DNA of 63,512 nucleotides, filler included, from Choristocarpus tenellus KU-1152 (GCA_964200185.2; 13 parts of 13 records of this genome joined end to end with filler, not necessarily neighbours in it); one strand, 5' to 3'. Positions 11,630-22,672 are shown, numbered from the whole stretch's first letter. Translations and numbers: made by a program. The notes: generated from the sequence alone by a model not told the origin.

Positions 11630-12790
11630 CTAACACAGTTCCACCACAAAATCAGAACATGTTTATGTTAGCAGGTGTGTTTGTTTTGTGTGCAGGGCAT
11701 GGGAAAAGGGCCAAAGCACAAGGAGATAGGTAAGTGAATGGATATGTTCCCACGTGCCTTCAAGCGTATGCCTCTGTGTATACACTAGTGCTGTGAACTG
11801 TAACACTCTAATCGACTTCAATATTGAAAAAAATCGAGATCGTAGCTGAAAAAACCCGATATTCTGTTATTTTTTTTGTATCGGAACACACTTTCGACTA
11901 CTGATAGGTCCTTTTATGTAGCATTCAATGAAGAAACACCTCTCCTTTAGTGGTCTCAAGAATGCTATGATGACCACATACTCTAAGTAGTACAACTATA
12001 AAGGAAGGGCAACGAAAATACTATTAATTCAACATCACTCTTCACAGTCAACCCCTAACCTACATATTCTTCATTCGTTCTTAAAAGCACAACATGAATG
12101 ACAAACATCATGTTCTGTTCCAGACACTGTAGGACACTATGCCTCTGGAGATGAAAGAGTGCACAAGAGATTGAGGAAGGCCAAATTTCACACTTCCAAA
12201 ATAGGGAGTGTCCTATTCTATGTGGGGAATATTTTGCCCCTTGAGACCATGAGCCACTCAGCGAACCGTGTGCGTTTCGCACATTTGGTATCATGCGGCA
12301 ACCAGGTCGTTCGAGTTTAAATCAACATCTTTGTCAACAAAATGTTTTATCTCACACACTTGTTTCAATGGAAGTGTTTTTTTTCCATGCTTATTTCGCG
12401 GTTGCCGTTACAGAGGGTATCGACACTTGGTATATACCACAACCCTTCTGTCAGAAATCTATAAACGGACTTCGAGCAACCGTGGAGACATTGGAAAATC
12501 GCGCATAACAGTCAGAATTCTCCAACCGTACTGTGCCGACTGTGGGTGTTATTCACCCCACTGTGCCCTACCGTCCAGACAGTATTCTAGTAGTACAACG
12601 ATCATACTGTCCAGCTCTTCAAAAGTCTTGACCGTATCAGAACTATACTGTGGTGGCGTACACATACCGTAACCGTATCGTCCAGTGCAACACTGACCGT
12701 AAAATACAGAAATGCAAAGTAGGACAATTATTTTTAGAAGTAGGTGTACTACTAGTGAATCTTCGATCTTCAGTATTCATCTTCTCACTC

Positions 12791-12910
12791 TAATACTATT
12801 ATACTATTATACCCTCTGACATTTTGCAGATGTGTCAGGGGGAAAACCAATGAAAACTATTCATATGTCGTTATTAGCCCCAAAGAAATAAAATATCCTA
12901 AACGTGAGAA
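12791..12910 (-). repeat. Dispersed repeat family E (probable retroposon 3' end with stem-loop and TA-rich tail)
   Basis: CCCTCTGACATTTTGCAGATGTGTCAGGGGGAAAACCA at 12812 recurs at 55700, and both copies are preceded by (TAT)-type simple repeats. Confidence 0.55.
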
Positions 12911-13179
12911 CACTATAAAACATTATGTGGAAACCACTAATCTATCAGTTACTTCACGACTATCAAATATTGTACTATTGTCTTCCTGTGCTTCCCATCT
13001 ACCTACTCCTGTGCCCCAGGGGGGGGGAGCTAGGTAGGCATCCCAAGAATCCAAAAGACTCCTCCGTGCCCATAATACTATTGTAATATAAACGATAAAT
13101 AAAACACTCTACATGCGAATATACAGAGGTAAACCGAAAATAGCAACAAAATATATACTTTATCACCAACTCCTTTGCC

Positions 13180-13800
13180 ATTCATAACAACTTTGAAGCT
13201 CCTGTCTGCAGAAGTGATGAGCGATGGAGTACAAGTAGAAGGGACAGGTTCATCGTTGGTGGAAGATCCTTTCAGGGTGATTTGTCTTAGAGGAGCCAAG
13301 CAATTCATCAACATGCAACTCTGATGCCCGTCCCGTTGCATAGAGCTCTGAAATGGGAACTGCCTCAAGAGGTTAGCATTCAGAGCAGAACAGATTCGCT
13401 GGGTCCAGAGCGGAGTGATGCTAGAGTGCCGAATGCTCCCGACAGAAGTCATGCGAAGAGATTTGCCTGCAGGTTGCCAATATTTCGTGGCTCAAAGTAT
13501 CTGGGGGAGGGGGGGGAGGGGGGGGTCTACACCAGGTTGTCCATTCGGGCCCTTACCAGGAAAAGTGTACCTACATTATCCATCCAATGTATGCAACCAA
13601 ATCACCCAAAAATCGCGACATGGAAAAATGGGCACCGAATCGACAGCCGCCACACACCCCAGATACTTTGAGCCTTAACGAGTTTGTCTTGAAATACAAA
13701 GCTGCATTCATCTCTTCTTCTGCAACTGGGGCCTCAAGTTCTAGTTCATTCTGCAAATACACTACTTTATCCAGGTCTATGACAGCCCTGAGAGAACTTG
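13180..13800 (-). pseudogene. Possible decayed LINE (L1/Tx1-like) ORF2 fragment, interrupted by a MITE
   Basis: ELEAPVAEEEMNAALYFKTNS...TKYWQPAG loosely resembles the LINE pre-RT region (LE.PI..EE...A...KFW). The PGPDG motif is missing. Confidence 0.3.
13489..13674. mobile_element. MITE family A, full-length copy
   Basis: Perfect TIR GGCTCAAAGTATCTGGGG...CCCCAGATACTTTGAGCC. No TSD visible. Confidence 0.9.
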
Positions 13801-14232
13801 ATCAGTACCAATGACAGGATGAAGAACTGCACTTGGAGACCTTCAGCCTGACTGGGTTTTAGCAGGAGAAGCAGCATGACGCGCCGATCCCTGCACTACT
13901 TGCACGACTCTTTCGTGATATTGATGCAACCAGTTGTCAGTCAAAGCACAATTTCCCATCCTTTTCTACCCTTACATTACCTTCCCATACAGCCCTTTCA
14001 GGTCTCAAGGTTGAGCACATCATGTTTTAAAGGTCATCAGGGGTTGCATTCCTGAGACGAGGTCTTTGAGCAAGGCCAAAGCGAAGATTGAAGAGGATGC
14101 TCGCGCTGCAACCGAGTTTCGACTGGTGGTACAGGTGGAACCAGCTGGGGAGGAGCTTGACTTGGTTTCTTAGCATATTATATGCTGCCCTTTCTTGGAT
14201 TTCCACATCTTTTTCTTGTTTGTGCTCAACCT

Positions 14233-14305
14233 TGTTCGTAGATAGTGCTGCTGATACACTATAGACACCACTGGAGGATTATGTGATAAGGTAGAGAGCC
14301 AGTGA
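14233..14305 (+). mobile_element. LTR family D 5' edge, truncated by contig end
   Basis: TGTTCGTAGATAGTGCTGCTGATACACTATAGACACCAC..., the reverse complement of the LTR edges at 21042, 22314, 23545 and 44850. Confidence 0.85.
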
Positions 14306-14405
14306 NNNNNNNNNNNNNNNNNNNNNNNNNNNNNNNNNNNNNNNNNNNNTTAATTAATTAANNNNNNNNNNNNNNNNNNNNNNNNNNNNNNNNNNNNNNN
14401 NNNNN

Positions 14406-14567
14406 GGGGTGATGGCTGTCCATTAGAGGCCCATTTTTCCATTTTCCAATTTTTGGGTGATTTGGTTGCATGCGTCAGATGGATAATGAAGGTGCAGTTC
14501 TCTTGACCAGGGCCCGAATGGACACCCTGGTGTAGACCCCTCCCCCCATCCCCAGATACTTTGGACC
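14406..14567. mobile_element. MITE family A copy, truncated at contig start
   Basis: Family-A body ending CCCAGATACTTTGGACC. Confidence 0.85.
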
Positions 14568-15722
14568 ATTTTTTGATATTGAGATACCCTGGGCAAAGAT
14601 GATTTCTTGCAGGGAGAGCTGAACAGGTCAGATGTTGTATTTTTCCAAATCCTATGTACATTACCTCCAACATTTGCAATCGCCCAGTGACTCCCAAGAC
14701 ATTCTTTCCTAGGGTTAAGGCTAGGGCTGAGAATTGTGGTTAGGCTAGGTGCACTGAAATTAGGCACACATGGGACTGAGTGGGAAATTAATGATGCTTC
14801 TGCACAGTTACAGAAGCTGATCAATTACTTATATAGCAAGAATTATTAACGACCATCGGAGCATCATGATGCATTTGGCTTGCAACATCCCCCACTACCT
14901 CATAATGCTACACTTTACAACAGTAAGTTGGCATCGTTCGCATAAAAAAACACTACTAGGCCGATTTCTTACCCTGGCCCTAAGGTGGAAAGGAGTCAAG
15001 AGGGAGAAGGAAGGAGAAAGACAACCAAGATGAAGACTTTGAGTCCCAAGAAAATAGTGGGTGGAGGAGTGCCAGGCAAGAATGGGGCTTTGGCCTTGGC
15101 CAGAGTAGAGACAATATGCGCATGCAGTATATATTATACATTCTGATTTCATTAGTCAGGGGGGAGGGGAGAGATGAGGTGGAAGATCGACTGTGCCCTG
15201 TGGACAAATATATATCTGTAGGCTAGTAATTCGATGGGTGAAGATCTTACATTTCATAGTCATGTCTGCCCTTGCCCACGTTTGTAATTACTTACACACC
15301 AGTCTGTTAAGTTAATGAAGAGGAAACGATGATGTATCTCTACATTTGCAATTTCATATATGTACACCAGCATATCTTTAGGGTTATCCTTTCTTTATTC
15401 CTGATATCCATGGATATTTCTTGATCTGCTTCCACATAGGGGGAACAATGTTTTATGGCTCTGAACTAAATTTCTCAGCAGTATATTATTGCGTACGCTT
15501 ACATTATGTAAAAAAGTATGCTGATATAAGAAAATTAAATTTGAATTAATGAGGCATTATCGGCAATGCCTTACCATAGTCTCTATCGATGGGGTGAACA
15601 AATTGGTCGTGGAGGGCAACAAAATGAACACTTGATGTCTACTCTACACAAGCTGTCTATCTCTAGTCCTCCATTTTGGCCCTATCCTTTAGTTCAGGTT
15701 GTGCTTTTTAAAAATAGCTGCT

Positions 15723-15811
15723 GACCTAAGTATCTGGGGGGGTGGGGGGGGTCTACATGAGGGTGTCNNNNNNNNNNTGTTTTTTTTGGTGGTTTTTTTT
15801 TTGTGAGGGGT

Positions 15812-15845
<34 letters not shown>

Positions 15846-15999
15846 GGTCTACATGAGGGTGTCCATTTTGGACCAAAATCGGGAAAAGTGCAGTTGCATT
15901 ATCCATCCGACGTATGGCAGCCAAATCGCCCCAAAATCGTGATATGAAAAAATTGACTCCAACTGGACAGCCGCCACCCCCTCCCAGATACTTTGAGCC
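15723..15999. mobile_element. MITE family A copy (misassembled around an N gap and G-run)
   Basis: Both TIRs present, TGCT duplicated on both flanks. Confidence 0.8.
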
Positions 16000-16558
16000 T
16001 GCTATCAGAATCTAGGAGCACGGATTGTAAATTGAGTACCACTAAGGTGGATTTGTAATTTACATCCTAAACGCAGAATGTGTGGGAGTTTGTAAGATAC
16101 TTCATTGCAGAAGAAAGATAAAATCAGAATTGTGAACGAGAATGGAATGAGTTATAGATGAAAAATACCCCGGAAGTCTTGTATGTGCTTGCGAGAACAT
16201 CCTCAGCTTCAAAAACACACTAGATCTCAAAAGTCTGCAAAAAAATTACACATCAAGAAAACATTCCATTTGAGAAAAGTCTCCGTTTATGGTGAGCTAG
16301 TTTGTTAGTAACAAATGTTCAATAGAGAGGGATATGTGACAATTGAACTCAAGGTGAAGTGAATGCGGTTAAAATTCCTCCGGTAAGGTGCAAAGTAGAT
16401 ATCTAAAAAATTCATACCTACATTCTATTGGAAGGTTAAATAAGTATACCCAAAACTTTGTTGAGACAAGGGGATGGCCCAGGTATGCGATTGGGGACTA
16501 CCATGGACTGAAGATCTTGATCCATATTATGAGATAGACTCAGGCTTGTTTGTGTGAA

Positions 16559-16742
16559 GACTCAAAGTATCTGGGGGGGATGGCAGCTGTCCATTCGGGG
16601 CCCATTTTTCCATGTCCTGAATTCTGGGTAATTTAGTCACATGCGACAGATGGCTAATGAAAGTGCACTTCTCCTGGGCGGGGCCCAAATGGACACCCTG
16701 GTGTAGATCCCCCCCCCTTCCCCCCCTCAGAATCTTTGAGCC
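16559..16742. mobile_element. MITE family A, full-length copy
   Basis: GACTCAAAGTATCTGG...CTTTGAGCC, TGAA duplicated on both flanks. Confidence 0.9.
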
Positions 16743-17167
16743 TGAAAATAGAGAGATGCAATTGGGCAAGCGTCCACTTGTTGTTGTGTTCGGGTCCTGT
16801 TGTGGCTGTTGCTTGTGTGGGACCATTCACATGATGAGACTATTGGATTTTTCTCAACCTAGATTCAAGCATATTTGTTCAAACTGTTTATTTGTTGTTG
16901 TTTTTGGTGATTACATGACTTGTGTGCTAATAGTTCACACCTAGCTAGGTATTAATTTCCTTATTCTTACTTCATTTTTCTACTATCTCCCATCAATAGG
17001 CGCATAAGCCATCGCTGTATAGTGCTGAGAGGTTGCCTCATCATGTGATAGTACTCTAAATTGCAGTATACATAACAGTAATCAGCATTACAGAATACAC
17101 GTGTAGAAAGTACTACTGCATTTTAAAAATCATATTTTCTCATCTACATTAAACCCTATAATGCAAG

Positions 17168-17347
17168 AAGAGGCCATGCTGATGACACAAGTGATGAAGG
17201 TCAAAGTCGAACTGGCAAATTGAGTACAACTCGAAAAGGTCATTATTGCCACCAAAGCTCCACCTCCTCAATTTCTAGCCGGAAAAGAGTCAATGACAGG
17301 AGGGAGGAGGACAGTCCAGCAAACAGTCGGGATGACCGGGAGCATAG
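17168..17347 (+). CDS. Candidate exon, low-complexity charged protein
   Basis: AG...GTAAGA bounded open frame RGHADDTSDEGQSRTGK...NSRDDREH. No domain recognised. Confidence 0.35.
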
Positions 17348-17394
17348 GTAAGACTTGAAGATTTAGAACAAGAATATATATTAGGTCCTGTAAT

Positions 17395-17577
17395 GGTTCA
17401 AAGTATCGGTAGGGGGGGGGTGGCGGCTATCCATTCGGGGCCCATTTTCCATCTCACGATTTTTTGTGTGAATTTGGTTACATGCGTCAGATGGAAAATG
17501 TAAGTGCATATCTCTTGGTCAGGGCCCAAATGGACACTTCCATGTAGACACCCCCCCCCCCCCCCCTACTCTGAGTC
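17395..17577. mobile_element. MITE family A, full-length copy
   Basis: GGTTCAAAGTATC...CTCTGAGTC, AAT duplicated on both flanks. Confidence 0.85.
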
Positions 17578-18182
17578 AATTGTGGTCAGAATAACAAGGT
17601 TAGTGTTCCAAAACTTCGTTGCGGATTCAAGGAGCGCTTTCAGGAGATATATTCTCAAAGATTGAGCTTTAGCTTAGAATACTTTGTAAATTGAAGAGAA
17701 TTGGCGGGTTACATGTGCTTGATATTGCACTTTTTATTGGAAAGGATGTATCATATTTGGGATTTCAAAGTTGGGGTTGAAGGCATTGTGTTTGCACCTG
17801 TGAAAGGTTGCTCATACCGCATTGTATGGATGGAGTATAGCATGTTGGAAGGCTAAAGTACCGGGTAGACTAAATGTGGAATACAGACTTACTATTGGCA
17901 CAGTTGGTTTTCTTTGTACAGAGCTATAGCAACCTAGAAGGAGGTCAACTTAGTCCCTTTTGAATATAGCGGGCTGAAATAATGTGACCTGAAACCAACA
18001 TTCCTATGCCTGAAATATAGGTAACGGTAGTAGGGAGGCTGTGGCTGTAGTAGAGGAAACGAACGTTTGTCTGTGCAAGCACGAAATCGCCTTCCGGAGA
18101 GCTAGAAGCATACTAACAGAATACAGCAATAGAGGTCCATTGTACTCAACAGCACCCCCCTCTAGGATACTATGACTGTCAA

Positions 18183-18443
18183 GGGTGAAAGTATCTTAGA
18201 GGGTACGAGTTTTTCCCTGCGTGTCCTTTTGGGGCTTGGCTTCCCACGGGTTTTCTATGACATTTTACCTACTCCGAAACATTTCGGAGTAGGTAAAATG
18301 TATACATAATGAAAAGGTGTGTCCGAAAAAAAGATATGGACTTCTACTAACAAACACAATATAGGCAAAATTACATCAAAATTGCAACATCGGATTTTGT
18401 CCCCCAAATGGACATGATTCTACCCTCTAAGATACTTTGACTC
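18183..18443. mobile_element. MITE family B, full-length copy
   Basis: GGGTGAAAGTATCTTAGAGGGTA...TACCCTCTAAGATACTTTGACTC, 4-bp TSD TCAA. Confidence 0.9.
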
Positions 18444-18486
18444 TCAATGTCCCTTACGTCATCAATGACAGCATGACATCACCTAC

Positions 18487-18625
18487 AGTTAGGGATAGGG
18501 GTGTAAGGGATGTGGAGCTAAGGACAGAGTGGATTTAATGATGAACATAGTTAGGGTTAAGGGTGTAAGGGATGTGGAACTAAGGACACAGTAGATTTAA
18601 TGATGAACAGAGTCAAGGGTTAAGG
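18487..18625. repeat. ~62-bp tandem repeat (about 2.3 units) containing TTAGGG
   Basis: AGTTAGGG..GGGTGTAAGGGATGTGGA.CTAAGGACA..GT.GATTTAATGATGAACA is repeated. Confidence 0.8.
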
Positions 18626-19253
18626 TTGATTACGATCTGGATGGCGATGAATGCCCTTCAGTGTTTTAAACTATAATTTTTCAGTTCTAGTGTTCAACAT
18701 GCTTTCAGCATTTTGGTTGGAGGGATAATCAAGGACGCCTTGGCAATATATATTGCACATGTGCTTTGATAGAAAGAACACAATGTCCTGTTTTACAAAT
18801 TGTGATTCATTTTTATGGTAGTGACCGCTGAACTGGCAATCGTTTCTGGTGGTCAACAGCCAAAACGAAACATTTCTACGCACTTCCTCCATTAGAAGTA
18901 ATATATAACATAAGTTTTGTAAGATCCGTTCTCACCTGGGAACGACCCATGAGATAAACCCTCTGCAAGAGGTTTACTTAGTTCTCGCATAGATTGGGAG
19001 GCGTGCAAAGTCTGTGATGGTGGACTGTCATGGCTTTGGAGGATCACCAGTGCAAAGTCGACCAAGTCGAATTTGACGGGGTTCAAAAGACCTTCGTGAA
19101 ATGCGGGCAACTATTGGGATGCCTAGGATGAAGGCCTCCCATCATTCCAGCAGNNNNNNNNNNNNNNNNNNNNNNNNNNNNNNNNNNNNNNNNNNNNTTA
19201 ATTAATTAANNNNNNNNNNNNNNNNNNNNNNNNNNNNNNNNNNNNNNNNNNNN

Positions 19254-19362
19254 TACTCCTACACATTTTGGAGTAGGAAAATGTCATTAAAAAAAACTTG
19301 GGAACCCAAGCCTCAAATGGACAAACAGGGCGAAACTCGTACCTTCTAAGATACTTTCACTC
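19254..19362. mobile_element. MITE family B partial copy at contig start
   Basis: Ends CCTTCTAAGATACTTTCACTC. Confidence 0.85.
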
Positions 19363-20776
19363 TTGGCTGTGGGTGGACTTGGTTGGGACACTGTGACCAT
19401 CAATCAGGGCAATATTCGACACTCCCCCAAAAAATGGCACCCAGCTTGAGCTGCAGCTCTCCCAACGGACACAGGGTTGTATATCTTGAGCTGGATATTG
19501 TACTGTACCCCCACGGCGGCCAATAAAATAATAAATGAATAATGGGCCAGTTCTTTTCTGTAGCTTTTGAGGTGTTACTCCAATGGGATGAGGTCTTGAG
19601 CGTTGCTTCCTCTATCTGTTCTGAAATTTACAAACAAAAACAAAAAAAATACCAAAAAATTACTCGAAAGAAGATGTTTGGACCTTCCACGTTCGAATCT
19701 TACATTTTCGAACAAACTTGTGAAAAAAAAATTCGTGAACATTAGGAAATGCATTGATTCCTATCACTCCATCGTTTGGCACTAGAACTCGAAAAATTCG
19801 AGCTGAGAGTTTTCCGTTGACTCTGGTCAATGTTCCTTCTCAGTCGGAAGAGCATTTGTTTAGTGGATAATGCTCAGTGTAGGGCTGCTGTGACTAAGAG
19901 TTTTAGTCAATAATTACCCCATTTGTGATCACTTTTGGAGCGCGAAATTGTACTAGTAATTTATTCCCCCAAAAAATCTAGATAGAAAGGACTATCGGGA
20001 AAACATTACACGTACATACACATGTGCACTTTGAAGACAGTTTAATGGAGAGATCAAGAAGAAACATGTATTCATACATGCATAATACATAATACATAAT
20101 ACATACATACATAAACATATACATGTATGTATGTATGTAAGTATGACTTGCCCGTAAAGTGCTAAGCACCTCTTGCACGTACGTAGCTTGCTCATCATTT
20201 GTCACTCTGAGCTGATTTTTCTACTTTGGTCCGACTTGAGTTACTCTCGACCATGTCTGCTCCAATCTTTCCCTTCCTTTTCGTTTTGGAGAGTACTAAC
20301 CCTAACTCTAACCCGAACTAACTTCTTCAGGCAGTTTCAAAATCAACATTTCAGTAGTAATGCGCAACGATAGCCTTAACCCAAATCCCCTATTTCCTCC
20401 TGAAGTCAAAGTTTCTACCTTAGACTCAGGCAGTAACAGCTGTTCATGCCCACTGTCACTGTCATTTCAAACTATCGCTGCACAGCCAAATTGTATCATG
20501 TTTTGGTATTGAGAGCTGGAAAATACTATCAAGCGCTAACCCTAACCCTTGCTTCATGCTGCACATTGTTGGCGAGGGTTCTAAAGGGTATAAAAGGATA
20601 AAAATATGTATAATATGACCCTGCAAGGCAAATTCTCCCTGGAGTGAGTGCACCAATGTTCCACTCATCCTTACTGCTTCCGTGTTTTTTTTCTGGTTCT
20701 CGAAAAAAAAAAAATTGAATCCTACCAACATAAACTAATAAACTCAAAACACACAACTCCCTTTCGCGCCATGCAG

Positions 20777-20862
20777 ATGAAGGTAGACCTCAAGACAGAG
20801 ATGCAACAATATCAGGAGGCACAGTCGGAGTTCGACAACCTTGATGAGGGTCACCATAGCAG
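20777..20862 (+). CDS. Exon of an unknown, probably coiled-coil protein (host of the intronic LTR element)
   Basis: CAG...GTCAGT bounded MKVDLKTEMQQYQEAQSEFDNLDEGHHS. The phase 2 end is compatible with exon 22561-22672. Confidence 0.6.
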
Positions 20863-20964
20863 GTCAGTGGTCCCGAGCAGAAGGGGAGACTGATGTAAAC
20901 TGTCCTTTGTTCCTAACCCCATTTGATCCATGCAGTCATAATTCATCTCTCCCTCTGCAATGGG

Positions 20965-22314
20965 ATATCGCTGGCTCTTCACATCCTATTATATAATCCA
21001 CCGGTGGTGTCTATAGTGTATCAGTAGCACTATCTACGAACACTCTCCCTTGCTGTGCAGACACTATGCACCCTAAAAATCTACTTCTCCGAAATTAGAG
21101 AAAAACAAACTTCTGCTATTTCTCTGAAAAACAATGCAACAAATATACCCTAACATCAATGTTGGCGTTGGGTCTGTGTAGGTACAAAAAAAAACAGTCA
21201 TCAATCTAATCATCTGCCCTACTGCACCCTTACGCGAAAACATCTTCAGGTACTTTCTCCTGCTGGTCCTTAGCAATGCAATGTTGCATCTCCCACAATC
21301 CATGAAATGACAGGGTCCTTACAAATACATATAGAACATTCCCCCTTGTGACTTGGTCCCCTCCAGACATCATCTGCGGAGGACCTATGTTGGCAATGGA
21401 CGTTGAATCGTCAAGTTCTCCAAGCGATGAAGGGGACCAAGTCACAAGGGGCAATGTTCTCTGTCACCGAAGTAAGAGTTTCTGATGAACCCTTCCAACC
21501 TGTCCAGTCTCGAACTGATGTCTTCCATCTCTCGATTCGGTTGGGGGAGAAGGAGTTGTGGTCGAGACTGGACAGGTTGGAAGGGTTCACCAGAAACTCT
21601 TACTTCGGTGACAGAGAACATTACCCCTTGTGACTTGGTCCCCTTCATCGCTCGGAGAACTTGACGATTCAACGTCCACTGCCCATATTTATATATGTAT
21701 ATATGGGTCCTCTGCAGATGATGTCTGAACCATGCAGAGCGGTTTCGCAGTCGTGAACACCCAGGGTATCCTGGGCGCTTACCGCAAAGGCGTCAAAGTC
21801 TTCGCCCAGTTTCCCAGCAAATATCGGCAGAGTTGTTATCTTGGTCGTGTTGCTGGAAGACATCTTGAATACTATTACCGCTCACAAACAGCCCCGTCGA
21901 TCAGCACAACATCTCGGGAATAATCGGTCCGCTACGTAGCGTGTTGAAATATTCCACACTGGACCCGCAGCTTTGGTGCTTTAATTGAGGACGGTGAATA
22001 GCTTGGTGTAGATGTGCAATGTTTGTATTACAAAGGGGCTTGTGGTCTCGATTATGTTGGCTGAATAGGTGGGTGAGACAAGCCTAAACAATCATTACTA
22101 TTCCTATAGTGTGGGGTTTGCAATCGCCGACACTATTTTACTATGAATCACTTATTTATTTGTCTTAAGTATGGTAAGTGTATCTTGAACATAGCACTCA
22201 AATCAATGGACTCTATGATGAGTCAGGACATATGATATATGTCACTGGCTCTCTATCCTATTACATAATCCACCAGTGGTGTCTATAGTGTATCAGCAGC
22301 ACCATTTACGAACA
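20965..22314 (-). mobile_element. Non-autonomous copia-type LTR element (family D): 5' LTR 22314-21942, gag remnant, fold-back hairpin, PPT, truncated 3' LTR
   Basis: 373-bp TG...CA LTR. Gag-like start MSSSNTTKITTLPIFAGKLGEDFDAFAVSAQDTLGVHDC from 21863. PPT AGGGAGAG at 21050-21043, then a second LTR start at 21042 traceable for ~75 bp. No pol. Confidence 0.85.
21364..21727. repeat. Long inverted repeat / candidate hairpin RNA
   Basis: 122-nt arms 21392-21513 and 21562-21683 (4 mismatches), 48-nt loop, outer 25-nt stem 21364-21388/21703-21727. Confidence 0.95.
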
Positions 22315-22560
22315 CGATTCACTTACCATGCTCAACAGCAATGTCCTTCCTCCACATTCATCCACCAATGAACCCCGTATACCTCTGTAGTAGTCCTCCC
22401 CATAGCCCCATCATCTTCAACCTTGTGTAATTCCTGTAGAGCCACTGATCTAATGCAGCATGTACCGGATGACAAGGAACAGTCCCTCCGAGGTACCGCT
22501 CTCTTGTCAAAATGACCCGCGCTAGACGCCCCTTTTGGTGTTGCAATACCAACAAACTAG

Positions 22561-22672
22561 GGATGGAGCAGAAGCCCGTATGAGTGCACTACTCGATGTC
22601 ATAGAGGGTAGAAGGACGACACTTCTTATGGCCAGAGAGGACGTGGAGAAAACCCGCAAGGATATCAAAAAG
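22561..22672 (+). CDS. Next exon of the unknown coiled-coil protein
   Basis: TAG...GTGAAA bounded (R)DGAEARMSALLDVIEGRRTTLLMAREDVEKTRKDIKK. Confidence 0.6.

Noticed and set aside
15723-15860. Apparent tandem duplication of a MITE-A start
   Set aside because: It spans an N gap and low-quality poly-T/poly-G sequence, so it is probably a scaffolding artefact.
21403-21672. Two near-identical 76-aa ORFs on opposite strands (MNRQVL...)
   Set aside because: They are a by-product of the inverted repeat, not a gene pair.
21924-21941. tRNA-Arg(ACG) half-molecule PBS
   Set aside because: The complement contains CT-ACG but lacks a pairing anticodon stem and purine 37. Not supported by eye, and a database search is still needed.
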